From a virus (taxonomy: Duplodnaviria; Heunggongvirae; Uroviricota; Caudoviricetes): a DNA stretch of 64,000 nucleotides. The stretch lies in the IMG/VR virus record IMGVR_UViG_3300028591_000001, positions 51,547-115,546 of that record; one strand, written 5' to 3'. This document shows positions 1-15,418 of this stretch, piece by piece (position 1 is the first letter of the stretch; each line of letters starts with the position of its first letter). The notes below the pieces were generated by a model. That model worked only from the letters and a program-made list of their open reading frames with translations. It was not told the origin of the DNA and ran no database searches. The translations under genes and the position numbers were made by a program.

Positions 1-3000
1 TAGTTACAGCCTTTAAAGCTTCTCCCATTAATACTGCTTGAGCATCTCCTAACTAATCTACCCAATCCTCACTAAATTGAACAGGTCTTAAATAAGGAAT
101 TCCAAGCAAGGTTCCAAAATATTTTTTATTTTCTTTATTTTCTTCTTTTGTAAACTATACTATTGGGATCTAAGATTTGTTATTTTTAATCCAATCATAT
201 AAATCTCTTTTATTATAAGGTTGATTTGTTTCTGGATTTAATTCTTCTTTATCAATAGATTCTTGAAATTTTCTCTAAATATCTTTTACAAGATAAGTTC
301 TTGAAGCAGCAACTACTAAGTTTTCTAATCCCTTTTCTGACTAAGTATTATAAATAAAGAACTTCTATAAAGATTCATTATTTATAGATAATCCAGTAGT
401 TAAAGCTCCATCTATGTATTTTAATAAATCTATAAATTCTTTATTTATTCCTTCTGTAGACTATAAAATATTTCTTCTATTTTCAGCTCCAGTTAAATTT
501 ATATCTCTAAAATATGAATCAATAGATTTTCCATTTATTGTTACTTCTAAATCTTTATCAAATATTCCAAATTCAGAATATTTTTTAGGTTTAATTGTAA
601 TAATAGAGTTTCCTATCTAAAAAGAAAACGGGCCTCCTAGATAAGAAATATTATATTTTTCTTTTTGATATGTGCTTAAAGGTTTAGAAGCTTCTTGGTT
701 TATACCACTAATTAAATCTAATTTTTGTTTATTATTAAAATACTTTCTTTTAATTCTAACAACAGGCATATTAGTTTCATAATCCCAAGTAGTTTCTAAA
801 TAATTTATTTCGGAAATAGAATCTATTGTTCCTAAAATAGTATCAATTAATGAATATAATTCTTTATATCCAACTAAATTATGAACTTCCTACTCTAATT
901 TATATAAAGAATTTTCTTTATCTTTTGCATATTTTCCATAAATATATTTTTGAATAGACTAAATAATATTTATATCCTCAGAAGTCATTCCTCCTGTTGT
1001 AATAAATACATCATAGTTAGATTCATTAACAAAAGCATTTAAAGCTTCTTTCCATCTTTCTTTAGGCTATTGATGTAAAGATTTTAATGCTTGTTTATAA
1101 GTTTTGTATTGTTCAACATCAGGAATCCTTCTAAGAGCAGTTTTAAAATGTAACATAGCATTAATAAATTGAATCTATGTTAAATTTTCAGTACTATCTA
1201 TTTTAGGAATAGATTCTATTAAAAATTTAGCAAAATTACCCATTTTATCTAATGCATTTTGCATTTCTTCTCCGAAGTTTTTCTACATGTTAGATTGTCT
1301 TCTTCCAAAATTATATTTATATTTTATAGTAGTTGTTCCATTATGTTCGATAGTATTTATAGGTTCGTCTAATTTCTTATTATACTAAATATAATTTCCT
1401 ACTGTATTTTTAAGTAAATCATCAAATTTATTTAAAGTAATATAAGCATTAACAGCCTATAATAAATTAATATTTTTAGAAGTTTTTCCAAGAGTTATGT
1501 TTTCCCAAGATTTTTCTAACAATTCTAATCGTTGATCAGAATTCATTCCCATTAAATATTTATAAAATATATCTAACACTTCTTCTCCCGCAACAGTATT
1601 ATCACTATAATAATAACTTCTATGTTGTGGAACTTTTATTCCATTCTATTTACAATAATCATAAATAGTTTCATATAAATTCTATTTATACTATTTTAAA
1701 TTTTCATTTAGAGTTCTCTAATCATAAACTAAACTTCTTTGTTTTTTATTAGGATTATATATGATAGTTTCTCTAATTTGTTTGGAAAATTCTTTCTGAT
1801 GATAATCAAATAATAAATTACTTCCTCTAAATATAGAATTTTTAAGTTGTCTTAAAGTAGTATTCTGCTTTTTATTTCTTTTTTCTTCTTGAGTTTCCGT
1901 AGTTGGAATCTCTTGTTCACCATTAGATTCAATTTTAGGTAAAAACTATTCTTTTAATCCTTTCTATATTTCAGAAAGTTTTACTGGGGATAATCTTATT
2001 TTTAATCCTTTTTCAATTTCTGAAATAATATTAGGAATTAATTTATTAATTATATTATCTTCATAACTTTCCTAATCTTCAACTACTTCTACAGTTGTTG
2101 CAAAGCTGGCTTCCTTTTTTAAGAAGCCAGCAATGTTTTCAACAACATTATCTAAAGTAGATTTTTGAATTGTTTCCTAAATAAAATCTAGAGTGTTTTC
2201 TTTTCTAGAATATAAAGGAACAGCACATATATTACTCATATTGACATTTTATTTTGTTTAATCGATTCTATAATTTAGATAATTCGGAAATATCTACATC
2301 TGTAATATTATTTTTTATATAATTTACAAAGTTATTAAATACATTTTTAAAATCTGATAATTCTAAAACTCCAGAGAATAAATCTGCAGTAAATTTTCCA
2401 AATTTTTCAGTATCTACATCATTCTCTTCAAAATCTTGAATTATCTATTCACTTAATCCTCTAGATAATACTTCTTTTAAATCTTTAACAAAAGATTCTA
2501 AATTATCTTTAGTTACTACCTCTTTATCAGGATCTTTTATTTCTAATTTATCTCCATTTTTAATAAGAAAATATTTATTTCCTTCCAAATTAGTAAACTC
2601 ATATTCCACTCCAGAATCTGAAGAACTGTTATCTAATTTAGTTACATCTAATCCAGTTTGTTCTTTTATAATATCTTTAACTGTTTTAAATGTATAAATT
2701 CCATTTAATTCTTGATACTCAACTATTGTATTTAATAACCTTTTAGATCCAACAACAGAACTAAAAATACTATTTACATTATTTTGAATAATAACTGGAA
2801 TATCATCTAATTTAGATAAGCTGGTACCTAATACTTTATTAACTCTAGTTAATTCAGTATTTTCTACTTCTTTTTCTTTTTCTTCTGATTGTTCTTCAGT
2901 AGTTCCATCCCAAGGTGTTATATCAGCTTTGACTACTGGAGAAGAAGGCATAGCATTTGTTCTATATAATCCTCTGTGTGTAGTAACAGCCTTAAAAGGT

Positions 3001-6000
3001 TCTCCAGCAACATATTTACCTATAACAAAAGTATCTGCAAATATACCATATTTTAATAATAATCCATCAGCGGGAGCACCATCTCCAATATGTCCATGAA
3101 AAGCTAATTTAAATAAATTTATAATTCTTCTATCATAATTACCTTCTCCTGTTTCTTCATTATATGTTCTAATACCAGGACTTTGAATATGAGTTCCAGT
3201 CTATGTAGTATCAAGTATTCCACCAGATAATCCATCAACTATAGATAAATAATCTAAATATTCATCTTCATTTGTTCTAGTGTCTCTTATTTTAATATAC
3301 CACCAAGACTATAAAGAAGTATCATCTTGAAGTGTTTGTCTAAAATCTTTAAATCCCTAACTCCACTATTGTCCTAAATTTATATTTCTACAAATCTATA
3401 CTAAAGTTAGAGGAAGAGATCTAAATAATTCAACATTTTTAACTTCAAAGTTTACTGTCTCATTATTATCATCTGACTTTAAATTAATAGAAACAGTTCT
3501 ATGAGATCCAAGTTTTCTGACCCAGGTATCTATAGCTTTTTCCTATTTATCAAAATCAGAAGTTTTACTCATTATAGATTTTACAGTAGTTGCTGATGGG
3601 GGAGTTATTAATTTATTTAATACATTTTCAAATAACAAATCTATTACTTTCTAATAATCTATTGCCATTTGATAGTTTATATATGTTCCATCAGTTTTAT
3701 CATCAATTTTTCTAGAATATAATCCATTAGTAGCATTATATCCAAGTCTAAATTGTTCTACATTATTTTCTTTAAGATATTCATTTAAATCTCTTAAAGG
3801 TTTAAATTTTTCATCAGTAGAACCTGGATTTTGAGCCTCTTCTATAGCTAACTATTCAATCTAAGCAGGAGTTATTCCATGTTCATCAAGATATGTTTTT
3901 ATTAAACTATTAAATTTAGTTATCCTAGCTCTAAAATTCCATAAAGACATATACATTCTAAATGCTGTAGCAGTATTAGAAAAAGGAAATTTAAGTTCAT
4001 CGGAATTTTCTAATCCTACTACATTTCCATTTACTAATTCTTCAAAATCAACACCTCTTGGATCAAGAATAATTTTTCTAACTTCTGGATAGTTGTTATC
4101 AGGATCTTTTTTCTAAGTTTCATATATTGTTTGTAATTCAGAAGGATTATATAATCCAAAAGCTGATACAAAAATTACAGGTTTTCCTTTATGTTTATCA
4201 TCTAATCCTGGAAATAAAGATTCTTTTCCATTTTCATTTATTTGTGTATATATAGGACTTACTACATACTGAGAAGTATTAGTATCAAAATAATCATTTA
4301 ATGGTACATATCTAGGAGTTCCATCTTCATTTTTCAATTTAGATATTCTGGTACATCTATCAAGTGCTGGTTTTTTAATTCTCCATCTACTTTTTCCTTC
4401 TCCTATCTTCCATTTTGAATTAGATATTAAATCTTTTAATTGAGATTCATAATCTGCTACTCTATCTGAATAATGTTTAGCGTAATCTAATAATTTTTGT
4501 TTTAATTCTGGATCAGAAACTTTTTCAGCTCTTTCTCTAATTCGAGTAATAGTCCCTTTAATAGTTTTTCCTTTAACTTCTTTATCTTTAGAATTAGCTA
4601 ATAAAGTTTTTGGATCAGAAAGTCCTCCTAAAGTTATTTGATATTCTTTTCCATTCTTTTCAATTACTCCAATTAAAGTAAATACTTTTTTAACTCCATT
4701 TATAGAAAACTATTGTTCTCCTTCTTTATATCCAGCTTCTTTTGTAAGAAGTCTATGAGTTTCAGAATTATAATCTTCGGCTTGAACATAGTACTTTATA
4801 TTCTATAAATCTTCCAAACTAAATAAATCAGTAACTTGGTGTCCTGCTTTATTGTACCAATAATCGTCTTTTAATTTATCAAAAAGAATTAAACTCTTTA
4901 ACTAAAATAAACTTCTTAAAGGTCTATCCTTAACTTCTATCTAATCTTCATCAGATAAAAATATTCCTAAATCTCTATTATCTTCACCTTTATGTAATTT
5001 TCCAGTAGAAGAATCTTTTATTAATCCTGAGAAATTAATATTTCCATAAATAGGAACTATAGCTTCTTGCTAAGCTTCTATGTCTAAATAAGAATCATCT
5101 TCAGTTTCAGGTTCTTCTTCTTCAGTTTCAGGTTCTTCTTCTTCAAATTCTTCTCCTTCTATAACAGTTTCTTCAGTTAATGGCTCTTCTTTTGGTTCTA
5201 AAGGAACTTCTCTAGTTAAATTTAAAGAATTTAAGAAATTTATTTTATCCTAAACATATTGTTCAGTTATTTCTGGAGTTATTCCAATATTGTCATTAGA
5301 ATATTGTTCAGAAACAGAACCTTTTATTGTTTTAGTTAACCCATTATCAATTAAAATTGTTCCGTTTTTACTTCTGGTAATAAGAGTATACAAAGTATTT
5401 AAATACCTCATAGTATTATAATATTCAGAATATCCTTCTATAGGTTTATATTCTAAATCTATATCAGATATAACATAGTCAAATTCTTTACCTTGAATTT
5501 TTTCTATGGAGTCAAATACTTCTATATCTTTTCCAGTTCCTTTTAATTTCTAATAAGCTTGAGAGGAAGTATTGCCAACAAAAGCAATTTTTCCGTTTAA
5601 TAATTTAACTACATTATCATCAAGAGATTCAGTTACTAATTCTCCTGTAAATTTATCATTATTTAGATAATAATGAAAGTTAAAGTTACTTAAATATTTT
5701 TTAGTTCTTTCTATATTCTCTTTTCCAGAACCATATTTTTCTAATTCGTCTAATTGCTAAACTATATCTTGCTGGTTTTTATATTTCCAGATATTACTAT
5801 CTCTAAGAGAAATCTTCATTTCTGGAGTTCTAAAAGCAAATACACAATCTTCTTTAATATTAAATCCAATAGAATCGTCTCCGTTTTGGTGTTTATCTCC
5901 AGCAAATATAAGTTCACAACCAGTTAATTCAGCCCATTTAGATAATAATAAAAGTTCTGTATTAGAAAATAAAGTAACTTCATCTATAACTAATTGTTTT

Positions 6001-9000
6001 GGAGCATCTTTAGTTATAAACTTAATTGAACCTTCAACTAACTCTGGATAATCAGAACCTTTTTTTACAGTAATATATTTTCCACTATATAGTTTCCCAT
6101 CTTTAGCTTTATCTTCATCTTTTGCTTTATTAGTTCCTTCTTTTATTTCTGAAAGTATTTGTGAATACTAATCAGAACCTAAGATAGAATTAAATAATTC
6201 TGTATGTCCAAATGTCTGTGCATGAGGAATAATTTTTTTCAATCCATCTATTTGAGTATCAGAGGGCCCAGAAACCCATACAGAATCAGATTCTTGTAAA
6301 GCCCTTACTACTACGTCAGTTTTACCTACACCAGCAATACCACTTATTATAAGAGCATTCTTTAATATATTAGCTTTTATATTATTTTGTTTAGCAAATT
6401 CTTCAAAAACAGTATTTATAAATTCTTTATTATTTTTATGAACAAACCCAAGTTTTATATTATATTCCTAGAATGTTAATGGAGCAAGTTTTTGTCCATC
6501 TTTTCCTTTAGAATTTTGTACATATCCTTTGTAAAATTCATAAAAGTCTATTGGATCTGAAGCTACTAAAGAAGTTAATAATATAAATTTATCATAATCA
6601 GTAAATACAAAATCAGAATCAAGAGATTTATTTAATCCAGAATCTTGTTTTATAACATTTTTGGGAACAACTAATTTCTAAATAATAGAAACAAAATCTT
6701 GTTCCGTCCAACCTTGTTGTTTAAAATTATTATAAATAAGTTTTTCTATTTCTACAATAGCATCTGGCTTATCGACATCTATATGTTCAATTCCTTTAAA
6801 TAAATTCTTTTCTGCATCTAATTTACAAGAATCTTTTATTTGATTAAAGAAATCTAATCTTGCTTTATTAAATCTCTAATCAAATTTAGAGAACATTTCT
6901 CTTTTATTAACAACCCCATTCTATCCTCTTTTAATCCAAGCAGAAATTTCTTTATCAAAATGCTCAAAACTTTCTTCAATAACATTAGCTAAATCTTCAT
7001 CCATTTCTAAAAGTTCTTCAACATTTTTAATAACATCTTTATTTTGTCTAATAAATTCATTTAATGAATTATTATAAGGCAAATAATCAAAGTAAGAAGA
7101 TTTAGTTTTAGCTGCTCTTATAATTGCTTTAATATAATCAAAGTATTTATATGCTTTGTTTAAAGCATCTAACTATTTTTGACCTAAAGTAAATGAAGTA
7201 GGAACTTCTAACGATTCAAATTGTTGATAAATAGATTCTAAAGTTTCTTCTATATCTCCAAAATCTTCACCTAAAGACGGAAGAACAGCTCTTAACACTT
7301 TAATAACAGGGTTTAAGTCTATAGTAGCTTTCTTATGAAGCTCATTCATAATCTATAAATCTTCATTAGAACCTATTTCATCAATTAAATTATTTAATTC
7401 TTGTTCTTGTTGAGAATCTTGAATTGCTACTGTTTCGTCTTTTTCATCATCGTATCTTCCATTATCAACTAAGAATAAGTAAGGTTCAATAGTTTCTATT
7501 CCATCAGAATTAAGTTTAACATAATTCTATTCATCCATTTCTGATTTTATAGCTTCTATTTCATCAGAATGATCAACAGTAGAATCTAATTCCATATTAT
7601 GTATTTTAATAGCATTTTCTAAAGCCTAATTAAATAAAACACTATTTTCTCCATTCTACATTATATAGAAATTATCTTTTACTTCTTCAAATGTAGCAGG
7701 ATATTCAATTTTCTATTCTGGAGTTAAATTACTACTAATACTAATTTTCTATCCTCGCCATTTTAAATTAAGAGCTTCTATAATATCATTAAAAGAAACA
7801 GTTTCCTAATCAAGTAATGTATCTATATCAAATAAATCATCAGGAAGTCTAGTTTCTTCTAATACTACTTTTCTATGAGAATTTTTATTATCAAATTCTC
7901 TTTTTCTTAATTTTCTTGTTTTACTTAGTATTTCTTGTGCTACTTCTTCTCTATTAGACAAATCAGGATGTAACTTAGAAAGAGATTCTTTTAATGTAGT
8001 ATTAAATTCTTTTTTATTTTGTGCTGTTATTAATCCAGTTGACTTTGATTTAGCTTGTTTTATAACAAAATCTAAAACATCGGAACGCCTAGCTCCTAAT
8101 TGTGCAATTAATTGTCTAAATGTTCCTCTATCAATAACATCATTTACAGATAAGAATTTTTTTACAGATTTAATAAAATTCTCTTGATTATATTGGAGTC
8201 TTTTATTTTCTCTAGCTTGTTTTCTAGCTTTAAAAGCTTCTTCAGATTCTCCTTCTCTTTGAGTATTTCTGTCTCTATAATCTTCATCTGTTTCTCCAGT
8301 AACAGTTTTCTACCAAATTGGAATTTCTATATTTTCTTGAGATGTAGTTAATTCAGATACTAATTGATCTCCATCCTCTACTTTAACAATATTATTAGGA
8401 TTAACTCTTAAAGTTCCTCCAGCCCCATCTGAAATCTAAATTTCGTTGTTTTGTATTAAAATATCAGGATCTGTTGATCCAGTATGTATATATTCAGTAC
8501 TACCATCTTTAAAAGTAACTTTTAACTACGAAGTATTTCCATATAAAGGAATTTCTAATCCCTGTTCATTTGTTATTATATATTCTTTTTCTCCTCTAGA
8601 AGCAATATTTGCTTTAGTTGGAGTATATTTAGTTCTATCTATTTTTCCAGAAGTAACAGGTTTAGTTTTTACCTATCTAGTTCCAACCTATTCAAATTCT
8701 ATTCCTCCAAGAAAATCTAATTGTCCAAATCTATTGATTCCACTAATTCCACCTTTTGTAAGCTCTCCCCAAGTAGAAAGTTTATCTCCTTCTGGAATTA
8801 CAGCAGCAGCTGCCTAAAACAGTCTTTGTTTCTACTCCATAGTGAGAGTTCTAGGAGTTTTAAAATGAATAGACCAATAACCATCTTCATGGTCTTTTAC
8901 TATTTCAAAACCAGCAGTAGAATCTTCAGCTAACTATAATTGAAAAGCTTTGTTTGTTTTAGACGGATCATTTCTCCAAGGTTTATCATATTCAGCTGTT

Positions 9001-11909
9001 TTAACAACAGCTAAAGAATCCAAGAAAGAATCTATATCAATTTGTTTACTTGGAATTCTATCATCAGGCTATAAACCCTATTTTTCAGGAGAAGTTTCCT
9101 TTAATTGTTTTAAAAGTTCTCCCCATTTTAATGGATCATCACTACTAATTTCTTTTAATCCTTTCTCTAAATCTGAACGAGTTTTCTTATATAAACTAAA
9201 TGCTTCATTAAGATACTATTTTCCTTTAGTTTTCTTTAAATCTTGCCATTCTTTACTGTATTTTTTCTTTTCAGATTCAGATAATTCTGAAACATCTTTA
9301 TGATATTTTTCCTAAACCCACTGTTCATATAAAGTAGAATAAAACATTCCACTTATTTCAGGATGAATATAAAATAACATTTTATCTACGTAATCTAAGT
9401 TATATTCTCCTTTTAAAAATGATTCTTTTTGTTTAATTAATTCTTTTTTCTACTCTTCAAGATTTTCTAGTTTCTACTAATAGTCAGAATTTTCTTCTCT
9501 TTTGTTTTCATCTTTAGTATTAGATTTTAAATCTTGAATTTGTTTTTCTATATTATATATATCGCTTACAATTTGTTGAAAATCATCATAATACTAAGTA
9601 ATATAAGATTTATCAAATAGACTATTTTTAAGAGTCATATATCTTTGATTACTCAATACCATTTTTTCAAATAACTAATCATCAGATAGTTTAAGACCAT
9701 GTTCATTTAATATAGATTCCATTTGTAAAATAGAATTTTTCATTATACCATAAACATAATCATTTTGAGATTTATGATTTTCATCAGCAGTAAGAAATAC
9801 TTTATTTCCATTTTCATCATCAGTAGTATCTATAGATAAATCTTTTGATGCTAACTAACCTTTTTCCCTCATTTCATCAAGATTATCCAATATATCTTTT
9901 GTTTTTCCCTGTGAAACAAGGTAAAGTAGTTCTTTCTAAGTATTTCTATCAGAAGCAGATTTTGGATTTTTTATACTATCTATTCCGTAAAATAATCCTC
10001 CACCAACAGCTCCTCCTAAGAAAGACATAGCATATCTATCAAAAGCATTATCCCAAGCACCTATATCAGTTTGTGAAACGTATCCAAACTATCCTGCTAA
10101 CTAATATAAAGATTTCCATAAATCAGTATTTAATTCTTCAGCAGTTTCTTCAAGACCTTCCCCAAAAGCTTTACCAAAAAATCCTAAAGTATGATTTTTT
10201 AATCCCGATTCATAATTTTTAATAAAATTAGAAGCTTTGTCAGCACTTCTTTTTATTATATTCATTAATCCTTTTTTTGTAGTGTCTTTGGTTGTTTGAG
10301 TTCCTATTCTTTTAGAAAGTTCAGAAGCTTCATCTCTAATACCCTACCTAAGATTTCTTAAAGCCATTTTTTCAGGAGTTTCATCAAAGAAAATTTCTCC
10401 TAAATGTGCATATTTATCAACTGCAAACATTCCTAGCATAGAACCTAATGCTACAGCAGCAGCTTCTTGTTTTGTAGTACCATGTTCAATTGCATCATTA
10501 TATACATCATAATTTGAAATCATAGACATATATATTAATGATAAATCTTGTCCAAGTTGAGCTTGTTTACTAAAAGCTTTTTCTGCTTCCGGAATAAATT
10601 TCTACATAGCTGCAGCTCCTACTGATGAGGCTTTCCATCTTCCAGAAGAAATAGCATTAGCTATATCATCAAAACTTGTTGCATTTGTATATCTTAATGC
10701 TGCAATTTGTTCTCCATTATTTGCTCTATTCCAAATCTCTTGTGCTCTTTTTTCATATTCTAAAGCAGCTTTAGTTTCAGCAGCATCAACAATTGCATTT
10801 GTATTTCCTTTTATTTTAGCAATAGAATTAGCTATTAATTTTTGCTAACTCCATTGTAATGCTACGTCAGCAACAAGATTTCCAAAATTCTCAAATGAAA
10901 ATGTAGATGATTTTGCTTTTTCTGAAGTTCCTCCAGTAAATTTTTCTCCTAACCCAGCTATTGTATTAAGTAGTTTTGGATCTTCACTATCATCATTCCA
11001 CATTTGTAAAATATTATTTAACATAGGAAGAGATTTTGAGATTTCTCTTGCTACATAAAATCCTGAATACCAAGCTGTTCCTGTTGGACCTAATAATACT
11101 ATTGGAGCAATAGAAGCTAGATTTTTAGCTATAATTCCAGTAGTTGATTTTTCAAAATCGTCAGAGTCAAAAAAATCATATTTATTTATAAGAGAATCTT
11201 CTTTAGTTAAAATATCACCTAATGAAAGAACTTTCTTTCCAACAATAGAACGTCCTCCTAAAGTTTCAAAATAATATTCTCCTTTATCATTTAACTTTTT
11301 ATCTCCTTTATAATGTTGTTCTCCTGTAATAGGATCTATTTCATCCTATTCATATTCTGCTAAAACTAATGGATCAGAAAAAAGATTCTAAACAAACCTA
11401 ATTGGATTAGAAAATAAAGCTGAACTTTCTGGAGTTAAATCTTCATATTTTCCTTCTTCCCAATTAAATATTTTTTGTTTTTCAGCAAGTTCAAAAGGAG
11501 TTTTAGTTTTTTCCCCTTGCATATTAGGTCCAATAACTCCAGTAGATACATGATCAGGATTTGAAGTAGTATCTAAATTAAAATTTGGATTTTTTATACG
11601 AGAGTCTGGTTTCTAGTAAATATCCCAGAAACCATACTCATAATTATCTAAAGCACTATTTTTTTGAAACTCTCCAAATTTAGATGCTTGATTTTTATAA
11701 AATTCTTTAAATTTATCTTTATCAAATAATCCATCATTTCCCTTAAAGTTATCATTTTCTATAATAAATTTACTATTTAAATAAGATTCAAAAGGTAATA
11801 ACTAAGTATTATCTAAAGTTAATCCCTATATATTTTTAAAATCTGATTCAGTAAATTCTGGATTATTTATATTTGCTACAATCCAATCATTTTGTTTTAT
11901 ATTATTCAT
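1..11909 (-). CDS. Giant virion-associated protein (>3969 aa, runs off the left edge) with an internal SF1/RecD-like helicase domain
   Basis: ATG at 11909 (MNNIKQNDWIVANINNPEF) overlaps the TGA of the upstream gene. Track ORFs 10344-10529, 4113-4337 and 2445-2951 are in the same frame and each ends at TAG. In-frame motifs GIAGVGKT (~6320-6345), LVIDE (~5980), AGDKHQ (~5890), QGKEFD (~5485), LYTLITRS (~5375). Continuity not checked codon by codon. Confidence 0.8.
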
Positions 11910-14900
11910 AATACATCAGAATTTGATGATTTCATATTAGACGCTTTGTTAAAATTTTGAAATTTATTTTCTAATTCTCTTGCGTTTTCTACACTAATCT
12001 AACTTCCTGAAGCATTAATAGCAGCATTTAGATTATTACTCAATGGAATAAATACTGTTCCTCTATATACATCATCTCCATATAACCAATAATCTATATC
12101 TAAGTTATAATTACTTTTCTTAGAATCAGTACTTAAAGCTTTTATCATCCTTTCTTCTAACTATGCATCAGGATTTTTAACTTTTTCTATATATTGTGAA
12201 GAAGTGTCCAAATTTTTAATTTTATCAGTAGTGTATGCTTCTACAACTAAGAACTATCCAAATTTGTTTCTATCTGGATAACCATTACTATCTAATAAAC
12301 TATTTAATCCTTTTTGTTTTAATACTTCTCCAAGTATTTTATAATACTCTGGAGAATTCTTAGAAAGTCCTTTAGATTCTACTTCTTGAATTGCTTCTTC
12401 GTAAGTCTTTTTAACTCCTAAATTTACTTCTTTGTGTCCGTTTACAATTTTACAAGGTAAAGTTACAACCATTCCTCCACTATTAGAATACATTATATCT
12501 TTAAGCTAATCAGGAGAAATATTCTAATCTCCAAATGTAATTCCCTATTTACTATCTAAAATTCCTGCAATTCCACTTTCAGATAACATTTTATCTAAAC
12601 TCATATCTTCTGTAATTTTAGGAAGTTGAGAATATTCTATACCATCAACACTCATTTTTACATTAGAATCTTTAGTAATTAAATTCCATGTTCTTGGAAC
12701 TCCTCCTTCACCCTAAATTAATTGCATTAATGGATTACTCTTTATTTTTTCAGAAGAATCTTTTCCATCTTTATCACTGGCCTTTCCAGTTAAAGGAGTA
12801 ATGTCTTCCTTATAAGAGGTATCAACCTAAGATGATAAGTATTGTGCAATTAAAGCTTTGCTATTTTCTTCGCTTCCACTATGCATCTTCATTATAACTT
12901 TATAATTAGTAGGAAGCATATTATATATATAATTTAAAGCTAGTTTAACATTAGCACTAGAATCCTTAGATTCCGTAGAAATTTTATAAAATCCATCAGG
13001 AGTTCCATCAAATCCAGCTAGTGTTTGCAATCCAGCCTTAATTTTTCTTCCTTGCACTTCAGAAATTCCTTCCAATTTCTAATCAGATGAACCTAATGAA
13101 GTTGCTAAAGATTTTATTTCTTTAGCTATTTTAGAAAGTCCTATGCCATTATTAACAATATTAAATACATCATCATCAAATACTAAGTTAGGAGATTTTG
13201 CTCTCATCTCAAGTAATTGACTATTAGTTAAAGCATTTAATTTTCCATCAGATTCTTTTAATTGAGTAAGAGTACCTCTTTTAATCTCTCCTGTTTCTCT
13301 ATCCTAAAGAATTAATTCTCCCTAAGAGCCTACAGCTATTTCATTTAGAGCTTCATTAGCTACTGCCTATGTATGAGCTTGTTTATAAGCTTCTGCACTA
13401 TATTTAAGCTAAGCCATTTTATTCATAGAATTTAAATACATAGAAGCAATATCATCAGTAGATAATTCTTCTCCAAAAGCTTTAGCTTTATTTAAGGTTG
13501 CAGAAATTTCTTGATAAACTTTACTAACATCTATTGGTAACCCTTGAACTTGTTTAAAAAGTTCTTTAATCATGTCAAGTTTATCCTTAGCTGCTGTATC
13601 CTTAGAAGATTTAGTTCCTTCTGTACTTGTGGATGTCTAAGTAGTGGTTTCTCCACCAACTCCTAGTGGTCTATATATTGTAAAAGGGGCTACACCTCCC
13701 AACTAATATTTTCTCTTTTTTGGATGAGAAGTTAGTTTTATAGGTTTAGGTATTGTTCTAATTCTAGAATCATCTGTCATTTTAGACATTTTTCTAAAGT
13801 GTTCTACAATATCTCTAGAAGTTCTATATAAATATTTATCAGTATTATCAGAATATGTTAATTTAGTACCAGATTTAGCACTATAAAGTTTATATCTATT
13901 TATAGCATCTCTTTGAGCCTATATATAAGCTCTCTAATATTTAATATTTGCTTCATTAAATATTTTCTATAACTAATCTGATTTAGTTTTATCAGTATTA
14001 TTTATATAATCATTATAAGCTTTTTCTCTTGATGTTTTTAAATCAGATAATGCAGTTTTTCCTAACATATCTTCTTGCATATCTAATAAAGCAAGTTGTC
14101 TTTCATTCTATTTATTTAAAGCTTTTTCTTGTTCTAACTTAGCCTATTTTCCAAGTACGAACTAATCCCAGTTAGTCCAATCAGCTGAATATTTCTATGC
14201 AGCCAACTGATGTCTAGCCGCTTCTGCTTTATTTAATTCAGTAGTATTATAATTAGCATTTTCAGTAAGTCTCTATTTATTAGCCCATTGGTGTTGATTA
14301 GATTCATCGGAAGTTCTTCTAATTTCCTAATTATCAGCTAAGTCTCCTTGAGCTCTTAATTCATCGCCAGCTCTTTTTGCTTCCTACATATAAGCCATCT
14401 ATCTGTCTGCATCAGAAGTAAATGGCTATCCTGCTTTAGTTTGTCCTGCAGCAGCTCTTCTATAATAGGCTTGTTTTGTAGCTTCATCTCCTACTACTTG
14501 TCTATGGGTTAAATAAGTCTGCTATAAATTAGGAATTATAGCCTTTTTCATTTCATTATATACTCTTTCATTATTATGCATATTTCCCGCTAAACGAAGA
14601 GCATCTAATAAATCAGGAGCAATATTTTTAAATCCAGTACTTAATTTATCCCAAAAATTATTAGTAGAATCTTTTTTTTCTCTTGCTTGAACTCCCTATT
14701 TAACCTATTGCTAAGGAGTACTAGAAGGAGAAATATTTGGAGAACTAGGAAATAATCCCAAATCTCCATTCTCCTTTTTATAAACTTTTACCTATCTATC
14801 AGTTCCAGGAATATTTATATAAAAAGTTCTATTCTGTTGACCTTCTTGAGTATCTTTTTCAAAGGGATTTTCATATCTGTCCATTCTTCTTTGCCAAGTA

Positions 14901-15418
14901 GAAGTTCCTATGATATTATCCTAATTTTCCTAATATCCAATATTATAATCAGGAGTATTAGTTCCTTGTACACTCCTATTATGGAACATATTTCTAAAAA
15001 TCTAATTAGTTCCAGAATATCCTGTTTTATTATATGTTTGAGGAGCTTCTCTAGCATCTCTTATTGACTTTGCTTGAGTATTATATAAATCTACTATTTG
15101 CTAATCAGTTAATTTATCAAGACCTTTCTATTGATCCGACCAATAGATGAGGTCTCTCTATCTAGCATCATAGTCTTTAGTATAAAGATAATTATTATAA
15201 GCACTTCTTCTTAAATCATCAGTAGTATGATGAGAAGAAGATAATTGTTTAAAATCTGCATTATCCTATCTCTACTTAAGAGGATTTCCTTGTAGAATTT
15301 GTGCATTAGGATATAATTTAGAATACCAATCATAATATTTCTAATTTTCCTATATCCATTTATCTAAATCTAAAGTACTTCCTCCCTAATAAATCGGAAT
15401 TTTAGGTCTTATATTCAT
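11906..15418 (-). CDS. Large putative virion cargo/ejection protein (~1170 aa)
   Basis: Starts MNIRPKIPIY(Q)GG at an ATGA overlap and ends at a TGA overlapping the next ATG. Fragments 12254-12493 and 12827-13075 are in frame; no TAA/TGA in the stretches inspected. Function inferred from position before the giant gene. Confidence 0.7.

Noticed and set aside
5093..5146. 21-bp tandem duplication (EEEPETE x2)
   Set aside because: Ordinary acidic linker expansion in the giant protein.
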